The notes under the pieces were generated by a model. It did no database searches and was not told where the DNA came from. It saw only the letters and a list, made by a program, of their open reading frames with translations. Made by a program: the position numbers and the translations under genes. Positions 57,685-64,000 of a stretch of 64,000 nt of DNA are shown here, piece by piece; position 1 is the stretch's first letter; each line of letters starts with the position of its first letter. Source of the stretch: Dehalococcoidia bacterium (lineage in GTDB: Bacteria > Chloroflexota > Dehalococcoidia > Lucifugimonadales > G958296245); contig CBDHEI010000002.1 of NCBI GenBank assembly GCA_965262055.1, positions 3,220,347 to 3,284,346 of the forward strand, given 5' to 3'.

Positions 57685-59387
57685 CCCGAATCCACCGAAA
57701 GACGACTTTGGGGACAGTCCTTGAAGAAGCCAGAGGGTGCTCCTCTGAATCTGGGAGAATGGTTTTGAAACAGAAAACCGCCCGGAAACAAGGAGCACCC
57801 AGTAGATGCTGCCACAGAACAATCCCGACCGTATCGGCGTCGTCTTTGACGACCACCGCCTGGTGGCCAATGCCGGCCTGCTCCTGCCGGCCACCCTTGC
57901 ACAGCACCTGGGCCTGCGGGAACTCGCCGACCATCACCTCGACCTCGGCTGCGCACCGGGGCGGGCGAACACGGGGGACAAACTGCTGACGCTGGTCGCT
58001 TCCGCGCTGGCGGGCGGCGACTTCATCGACGACGCCGATGCGCTGCGTGCTGGTGGGACGGTCGGTGTTCTCGGCTGCGTGGTCAAGGCGCCATCCACCC
58101 TGGGCACCTTCCTGCGCAGTTTCCGGTGGGGGCATGTCCGTCAACTCGACCGGGTGAGCCGCCAGTTGCTGGCACGCGCATGGGCCGCTGGGGCCGGACC
58201 CGGCGACTCGCCCCTGACCATCGACCTGGACTCCACCATCTGCGAGACCTATGGACTGGACAAAGAAGGGGCGCGACACCACAACTACACCGGCGCGCGG
58301 GGCTATCACCCACTGCTGGCCATCGCCGCCGGAACCGGCGATGTGCTGATGTCCCGGCTGCGCGAGGGCCGTGCCAACACCGCTCGCGGCGCTGCCCACT
58401 TCCTGCGTGAAACGGTGGGGCGGGTGCGCTACGGTGGGGCCAGCGGCCAACTCACGGTGCGCGCCGACAGCGGTTTCTACGCCCACGCTCTCGTCGCCGT
58501 CTGCCGCGAGATGGGTGTCCGCTTCTCCATCACCATCCGCCAGCACAAAGGCCTGCGGGAGTTGATTGAGGCGATCCCCGAGCAGGACTGGACGCCGATT
58601 CCCTACTGGATGGACGGCGCCGCCGATGTGGCCGAGACCACCTATACCCCCTTCCAGAGTGAACCCGACGCCGCGCCGGTGCGGCTCATCGTCCGGCGGG
58701 TGAAGCCCACGCCCGGTTCCCAGTTGGCCCTCTTCGCCACCTACAGCTATCACGGCTTCATCACCGACCGGGACGGGGAAACCCTGGAACTGGAGGCCGA
58801 TCATCGCCGCCACGCCGAGATCGAGAACGCCATTCGAGACCTGAAACACGGCGTCGGACTCAACCATCTCCCCTCGGGGCGCTTCGCCGCCAACGGCGCC
58901 TGGCTGGCGGTGCAGGTGATGGCACACAACCTCGCCCGCTGGACAGCGCGCATCGGTCTGGCCGAACGGACCGTGACCACCAAGACCCTCAGGCGGCGGG
59001 TCTTCGCTCTGGTGGGACGGATCACCCACTCGGCGCGCCGCCTTACCCTGCATCTTCCCCAGCATTGGCCTTGGGAAACCCAGTTCACTCGCGCCATGGC
59101 CCGGCTGCGAGCCATTCCACTCCCCGCCTGACTGCCAGCCTGCAACTGACCCAACTTCCCTGCAAACTCGTGCCACCCCGGTCCGCGAGAGTTCCCTGCT
59201 GCGTATTCTCTCGCCATCCCGCGCATCGCAGCTCCCGCAGAGGGCCATAGGGGCCCTATGCGGCGACTGAAGACCGTTCGCCGACCTCCAATCTACCCCA
59301 ATGAGCCCAGCCATCTCCCCTGTAGCTCCCTCACCCACCCTGCCGCTGTCCTCACGCCGTCCATAGGTGTCCTTCGGTGGATTCGGG
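57685..59387 (+). mobile_element. IS1380-family element A, copy 3 (1703 bp)
   Basis: Same 15-bp TIRs; 5-bp direct repeat TTTAG at 57680-57684 and 59388-59392. Confidence 0.96.
57806..59131 (+). CDS. IS1380-family transposase (intact)
   Basis: 441 aa, near-identical to copies 1 and 2. Confidence 0.93.
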   Translation: MLPQNNPDRIGVVFDDHRLVANAGLLLPATLAQHLGLRELADHHLDLGCAPGRANTGDKLLTLVASALAGGDFIDDADALRAGGTVGVLGCVVKAPSTLGTFLRSFRWGHVRQLDRVSRQLLARAWAAGAGPGDSPLTIDLDSTICETYGLDKEGARHHNYTGARGYHPLLAIAAGTGDVLMSRLREGRANTARGAAHFLRETVGRVRYGGASGQLTVRADSGFYAHALVAVCREMGVRFSITIRQHKGLRELIEAIPEQDWTPIPYWMDGAADVAETTYTPFQSEPDAAPVRLIVRRVKPTPGSQLALFATYSYHGFITDRDGETLELEADHRRHAEIENAIRDLKHGVGLNHLPSGRFAANGAWLAVQVMAHNLARWTARIGLAERTVTTKTLRRRVFALVGRITHSARRLTLHLPQHWPWETQFTRAMARLRAIPLPA

Positions 59388-59679
59388 TTTAGGGGCGGGA
59401 ACTTCCTGAGGCTGGACGAGGGGACTCTGAGCCGCGTCGCCGAGATCACGGAAGCCGAGTACTACGCGGCTGAGAGCGCGGACGAGCTTCTTCAAGTTTT
59501 CTACACCATACCGGTGCAGATCGAGAAGAAGAAGGTCCGCATGGAGGTCTCGGCGGTGCTGACCGCCATAGGCGCTCTTCTTGCGCTCTCCGCCGTCGCG
59601 CTTGGCCTCCGCTGGAGCCCGCTGCCGTAGCTTTCTGGCCGGGCCGCGTAAGGGCCGGTCCGAGGGAGCCTCCACGCCG

Positions 59680-59947
59680 AAAAATCGTTTCAAAGTGTTC
59701 CATAACGCCCAGTTTCCTATCTGAGGCCTGGACATCTTGGCAGAGAAATGGAGCGCATCTGGGGCACAAATGGACGCCAGACTGATGCGTTTGAGGTGAA
59801 ATGGGACAGGTCCCCGGGGGCTCTTGGCGCCGGAGGGTGCGGCGGCGCGGGTCTGAGGGAGTCCGTTCATGAGGCTATGATAGCACGGCCGTTCGCATGC
59901 ATCAATATCTGAACTGTGATTCGTGGGATGGGTGTGATTGGGATGAT
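59680..59947 (-). repeat. dispersed promoter plus leaderless-ORF cassette, copy B
   Basis: GTGATTGGGATGAT 59934-59947; TTGATG-N17-TATCAT (59905-59877); ATG 59870; TTTCCTATCTG 59713-59723; AAAGTGTTCC 59692-59701. Confidence 0.75.
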
Positions 59948-60112
59948 GTTAGAGGCGGGGTTGGGTGGTCTCTGGGGACTCTCGGGAGGGGGTGGGTGCG
60001 GGCTGACAATATGACGGAGGCGGGGTCTGGGCCAGCGAGCCTATTGCGGCGGGAGCCAGACCGGTACTATGCTTCCCTAAACCCAAGCCGCTGGAAGTGC
60101 AGGGGAGTACCC

Positions 60113-61768
60113 ATGGGAAAACCGGGCGTACGGAGCGTGGAGCCGAGAGGGGCCGATCTCGTTGTGCGGGCCCTGCGGAATGCTGGGACACGGCATATCT
60201 TCTCGCTCTCAGGCAACCAGATCATGCCCATATACGACGCCCTCGTGGACGAGGATATCAAGCTCTACCACGTGCGGCAAGAGGCGGCCGCGGTACACAT
60301 GGCGGACGCGTGGGGGAGGCTGACGGGCAACCCCGGCGTGGCCCTGGTGACAGCGGGACCGGGGTTCGCCAACACGCTGTCAGCCCTCTACGTGGCGCGG
60401 ATGGCGGAGTCTCCGGTCGTGCTTATTTCGGGCAGCTCGGCAATGTCGGAGGCGGGGCAGGGGGCCTTCCAGGAGATGCCGCAGGCGGGCATGGCGGAGC
60501 CCGTCACGAAGGCGTCGTGGACGGCATCCGGCACGTCGGAGCTGGGCGCCGAGGTAGAGCGCGCATATAGCATCGCGGCGTCGGGGCGTCCTGGGCCGGT
60601 ACACGTCACGATTCCTGTGGACGCGCTGGAGGCGCGTGTGCCTGCAGAAGAGGAACGGCCCTCCTCGGAGGCTGGTGCCGTGCCTAGTGGTGTGCTGGAC
60701 GATGCAACCGCAGCCAGGTTCTTCGACCTGGTGCGCGGCGCGAAACGGCCTCTGATCATCGCTGGCCCTGCGGCGTCTCGGGGACAATCGCGCCAAGCCA
60801 TCGACGAGCTTGCGGACGCGGCCGGTGTGCCGGCGGCCTACATGGAGAGCCCTCGCGGGGTGGCGGACCCGAGCCTTGGGGCGTTCGCGGAGGTGCTGCC
60901 GGAGGCCGACCTGGTCGTGCTGATAGGGAAGAAGCTGGACTTCATGCTGAAGTTTGGCAGGGAGCCGACGTTCAGCCGCGACTGCAAGTTCGTACAGATA
61001 GACGCCGAGGAGTCTGCTGTTGCAGCGACAGAGGTGGTGCTGGGAGACGCAGGGCGACTGGCCCTGAAGATCGTGGCGGACCCGGCCTCGGCCTCGCGCC
61101 GGCTGCTGGCCCACGCTAGCGCCTTCCGACCACAGCACAGCGGCTGGGCGGACGAGGTGCGCGACGCGATCGCGTTCAGGCCCCGGTCGTGGCAGGACTT
61201 GGAGCCGGACGAAAATGGCGCGTTACATCCGGTCCAGGTCTGCCGGGAGATACAGAAGCTGCTCGGTGACGGCGGAGTCTTCGTATCGGACGGCGGGGAG
61301 TTCGGCCAGTGGGCGCAGGCGTGCATCAACGCTCCGGAGCGGCTGATCAACGGCCCGTCTGGCGCCATCGGCAGTTCGATACCGTTCGCCATAGCGGCCA
61401 GGCTGGCCCGCCCGGAGGCGCCCATCGTAGCCACCCTCGGTGACGGCACCTTCGGGTTCCACGCGATGGAGCTCGATACCGCAGTGCGGTACAGCATCCC
61501 ATTTGTCCTAGTTGTGGGCAACGACGCCGCGTGGAACGCCGAGTACCAGATACAGCTACGCGACTACGGCCCGGACAGGCTGTTCGAGTGCGAGCTTATG
61601 CCGTCGCGCTACGACCGTGTGGCTGCCGCCTTAGGGGGCCACGGGGCGCACGTTACGTCGGTGGAGGAGCTAGGCCCGACGCTCCGGGCAGCGCTGGACA
61701 GCGGGCTGCCGGCTTGCGTTAACGTGTCTATCTCTCGGCACCCGGCACCGGCGGTCAGGCGGGAATGA
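60113..61768 (+). CDS. thiamine-diphosphate enzyme, acetolactate-synthase-like
   Basis: FSLSGNQI, VRQEAAAVHMA, TAGPG, GRPGPVHV, GDGTFGF...VGND. Start taken at ATG 60113 with RBS. Confidence 0.9.
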   Translation: MGKPGVRSVEPRGADLVVRALRNAGTRHIFSLSGNQIMPIYDALVDEDIKLYHVRQEAAAVHMADAWGRLTGNPGVALVTAGPGFANTLSALYVARMAESPVVLISGSSAMSEAGQGAFQEMPQAGMAEPVTKASWTASGTSELGAEVERAYSIAASGRPGPVHVTIPVDALEARVPAEEERPSSEAGAVPSGVLDDATAARFFDLVRGAKRPLIIAGPAASRGQSRQAIDELADAAGVPAAYMESPRGVADPSLGAFAEVLPEADLVVLIGKKLDFMLKFGREPTFSRDCKFVQIDAEESAVAATEVVLGDAGRLALKIVADPASASRRLLAHASAFRPQHSGWADEVRDAIAFRPRSWQDLEPDENGALHPVQVCREIQKLLGDGGVFVSDGGEFGQWAQACINAPERLINGPSGAIGSSIPFAIAARLARPEAPIVATLGDGTFGFHAMELDTAVRYSIPFVLVVGNDAAWNAEYQIQLRDYGPDRLFECELMPSRYDRVAAALGGHGAHVTSVEELGPTLRAALDSGLPACVNVSISRHPAPAVRRE

Positions 61769-61862
61769 CATCGATGGAGAGGATGGACGTGGAAACGAAG
61801 CCATCATGACACCTGCTCGGGCGTAGGTCTTAGCGGCCTGGGAGGCAGACCGGTACGCTTGG

Positions 61863-62324
61863 ATGGATATTTCGTTCGAAGCCTCGGATGGCCTAGAGCT
61901 GAGGCAGGCCAGTCAAGACGACAATGAGTTCGCCTACCAGGTGAACAGGGCTGCCTTCAGAGAATAGGTGGAGCAGGTGTGGGGATGGGACGAAAATGAG
62001 CAGCGGAGACTTCACTACCGAAGATTGCGGGCGCAGGACTTCTATGTCATCAGTCTGGACGCAATCGACGTTGGGACCATGTCGTTGGCCCTAGAGCCCG
62101 ACTGCGTGTATGTCAACCAGATCTATCTCTTGCCAAAGCACCAAGGGCAGGGAGTTGGCCGAAGGTGCATGTTGCTGGTCCTCGAAGCGGCGAGCAAGCT
62201 CAGCCTTCCGGTACGGCTTAGGGTGCTGAGGGTAAACGTCCGGGCAGCGGCATTCTACGGGAGGCTCGGCTTCGCCACTGCAGGCGAGACTGACACGCAC
62301 GTCCTGATGCAGAAGGTGCCTTAG
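61863..62324 (+). pseudogene. GNAT acetyltransferase with an in-frame TAG at codon 35
   Basis: MDISF...AAFRE*VEQVWGWDE...QGQGVG...FYGRLGF; TAG at 61965-61967. Confidence 0.75.
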
Positions 62325-62375
62325 GGCTTGGATAATCCGCCAAACCAAGTAGTCCGCGAGTGTCGGGGAGGGGTG

Positions 62376-62452
62376 TGGTAGCGCGTACGGGATTCGAACC
62401 CGTGATCTCCGCCTTGAGAGGGCGGTGTCCTGGGCCGCTAGACGAACGCGCC
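62376..62452 (-). tRNA. tRNA-Glu (anticodon CTC)
   Basis: Cloverleaf; anticodon arm CCGCC-CT-CTC-AA-GGCGG; GGTTCGAATCC; encoded CCA. Confidence 0.97.
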
Positions 62453-62472
62453 ACGCATCAGGCCAACTTCGG

Positions 62473-62546
62473 TGGCTGGGGATCGAGGATTCGAACCTCG
62501 GCTTACAGATCCAGAGTCTGTCGTCCTACCACTAGACGAATCCCCA
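62473..62546 (-). tRNA. tRNA-Gln (anticodon CTG)
   Basis: Cloverleaf; anticodon arm ACAGA-CT-CTG-GA-TCTGT; GGTTCGAATCC; encoded CCA. Confidence 0.97.
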
Positions 62547-62556
62547 CCGTCTTTGC

Positions 62557-62586
62557 AGTTTACCAAGAGTCTGCGTCCCGTATCAA
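62557..62586 (-). promoter_or_regulatory. tRNA operon promoter TTGATA-N18-TAAACT (extended TG)
   Basis: -10 box lies 10 nt upstream of tRNA-Gln. Confidence 0.6.
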
Positions 62587-62647
62587 GGCTGTGATAGGGG
62601 AGTCGACAGCTCTTCAGACTCGAGAACCCCCCATCCCTTCGACAGGT

Positions 62648-63619
62648 TCAATCCCCGGGCGGCCGGGGGAAGAGGTAAGGGCCCCAATCGGCGATCGCGG
62701 CATAGGCGGCAGAGTATGGGTCTGTCCGCCCGCTCTGAACGTCCTCGACGAGGCGGCCTATCTCGCCGTCCGCGGAGCCGGCGTTCGACAGCCTCTGCTC
62801 CAGCTCGCCAAGCAGCAGCCGTATGAACTCCTCACGGCGGCGCTCGGCGCGGCGGCGCTCCAGGTTGGCGGTGCTGCGGGAACAGTCAAGGTGGCCGGCT
62901 ATGGCCTCTGAGAGCTCCTGGAGACCCTGCGCCCGGTGGGCCTCGGTCATCAGCACGGGCGGGGTCCACCATGCGCCGGTGCTGCCGTGCGCCACCTCCT
63001 CTCCAATGACGGCGGCCATGCTGTCGGCGTTCGGCCTGTCGGCCTTGTTCACCACGAAGATATCGCCGGCCTCCATGAGGCCGGCTTTGAGCATCTGGAC
63101 CGCGTCCCCGGCCTCCGGTACGAGCACGACCACAACGGTATCGGCGACGTTCATGATGTCGAGCTCCGTCTGGCCGACGCCCACAGACTCGACGATGACG
63201 ACGTCCATGCCGAAGGCGTCCAGCAGGCGCGCGGCGGCGGAGGCCCCAAGGGAGAGTCCGCCGTGCCACCCACGCGTGGCGATGCTGCGTATGAAAACGC
63301 CCTCGTCGAGGTAGTGGCGCCTCATCCTGACACGGTCGCCCAGGACGGCGCCGCCCGTGAACGGGCTAGTGGGGTCGACGGCCAACACGCCCACGGACAC
63401 GCCCGCTTCCCGGTACAGGCGCACCAGCCCGTCTACCAGAGTGCTCTTGCCGGCGCCGGGCGGTCCCGTAACACCGACGCAGTGGGCCCTCCCGGTCAGG
63501 GGGTGTATGGACTTCATGATCTCGCCGCAGGAAAGCGGGTCTCGCTCCAGCAGCGTGAAGAGCCTGGGAAGGGCCCGGCGGTCGCCGTCGAGGGCTTTTT
63601 GGACAAGCTCTTCAGTCAT
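62648..63619 (-). CDS. meaB: methylmalonyl-CoA mutase-associated GTPase
   Basis: GVTGPPGAGKST, AVDPTSPFTGGAVLGDRVRM, ESVGVGQ, VVNKAD. Confidence 0.93.
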   Translation of the reverse strand: MTEELVQKALDGDRRALPRLFTLLERDPLSCGEIMKSIHPLTGRAHCVGVTGPPGAGKSTLVDGLVRLYREAGVSVGVLAVDPTSPFTGGAVLGDRVRMRRHYLDEGVFIRSIATRGWHGGLSLGASAAARLLDAFGMDVVIVESVGVGQTELDIMNVADTVVVVLVPEAGDAVQMLKAGLMEAGDIFVVNKADRPNADSMAAVIGEEVAHGSTGAWWTPPVLMTEAHRAQGLQELSEAIAGHLDCSRSTANLERRRAERRREEFIRLLLGELEQRLSNAGSADGEIGRLVEDVQSGRTDPYSAAYAAIADWGPYLFPRPPGD

Positions 63620-63695
63620 GGGGGACACGTCGCGGCGTGGGAGGGGGTAGGGTGGGGAACATGCGCGGCGTTGTGAGGGGACGCTTGCCGGGGGC

Positions 63696-64000
63696 CTAGG
63701 TCGAGTCCAGGGCGCGGATGAGGTTCGCCATCTCGATGGCGACCAGGGCCGCATCGAAACCTATGTTGCCGTGCTCGCTGGCGGTGTCGTCCGGGTCGCG
63801 CCCCGGCTTGCTCTGAGGTCTCCCGGCCTCGACGTCCTCGCCTGCTTCTCCCCCAGCGCGGGCGAGGGCCTGCTCGAAGTTGTCCGTCGTCAGCACGCCG
63901 AACACCACGGGAACTCCCGTCTCGAGCCCGGCCCTGGCGACGCCTTGGGACGCCGCTTCCGAGATGTGCTGGTAGTGGTCGGTCTCGCCCCTTATGACGG
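63696..64000 (-). CDS. ribH: 6,7-dimethyl-8-ribityllumazine synthase, 5'-partial, with a loop insertion
   Basis: [34 protein letters not shown]. Confidence 0.92.
   Translation of the reverse strand, partial: VIRGETDHYQHISEAASQGVARAGLETGVPVVFGVLTTDNFEQALARAGGEAGEDVEAGRPQSKPGRDPDDTASEHGNIGFDAALVAIEMANLIRALDST

Larger units (their letters stand above)
56849..59630 (+). pseudogene. second BatA-type vWA gene interrupted by IS1380 copy 3 (segments 56849-57684 and 59388-59630)
   Basis: Removing the IS and one TTTAG restores the frame ...GGFGSFGGF-R-GGNFLRLDE...RWSPLP*. Confidence 0.92.

Noticed and set aside
59367-59630. IS-supplied GTG start rescuing the C-terminal vWA fragment
   Set aside because: The start is in frame but has no RBS, and the fragment would carry only the last ~80 residues.

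Overview
64 kb of high-GC bacterial chromosome, probably Chloroflexota (Dehalococcoidia/SAR202-like; inferred only from gene-family content such as Glu/Val/Lys-stalk lipoproteins, GHL10-like and HpcH-like proteins). Contents, left to right: a tandem array of vWA-domain lipoproteins (1-6534); a deoxy-sugar oxidation trio; a GHL10/SBP/DapA-like operon; ggt, def and peptide-ABC parts; a complete phoP-phoR-uppP-pstSCAB-phoU cluster ending in a truncated aquaporin and arsC; pepN, crotonase and sodN; sugar-acid enzymes; a sulfatase-like gene; a protease-MoxR-DUF58-vWA-vWA operon; a TPP enzyme; tRNA-Glu and tRNA-Gln; meaB; and partial ribH. Mobile DNA: three copies of one IS1380-family element, one copy of a second IS1380-family element, and a 628-bp transposase-less element not explained by the ORF track. 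That element has 18-bp TIRs, an 8-bp TSD and a low-GC passenger ORF, and sits 15 bp upstream of a -35 box. Other top observations: a dispersed ~290-bp promoter plus leaderless-ORF cassette present twice; a four-unit 11-bp-period Pho-box candidate; a double-domain PstS; and several enzymes with substituted catalytic residues. No CRISPR array or rRNA was seen. All family calls come from motifs recognised by eye, not from database searches.
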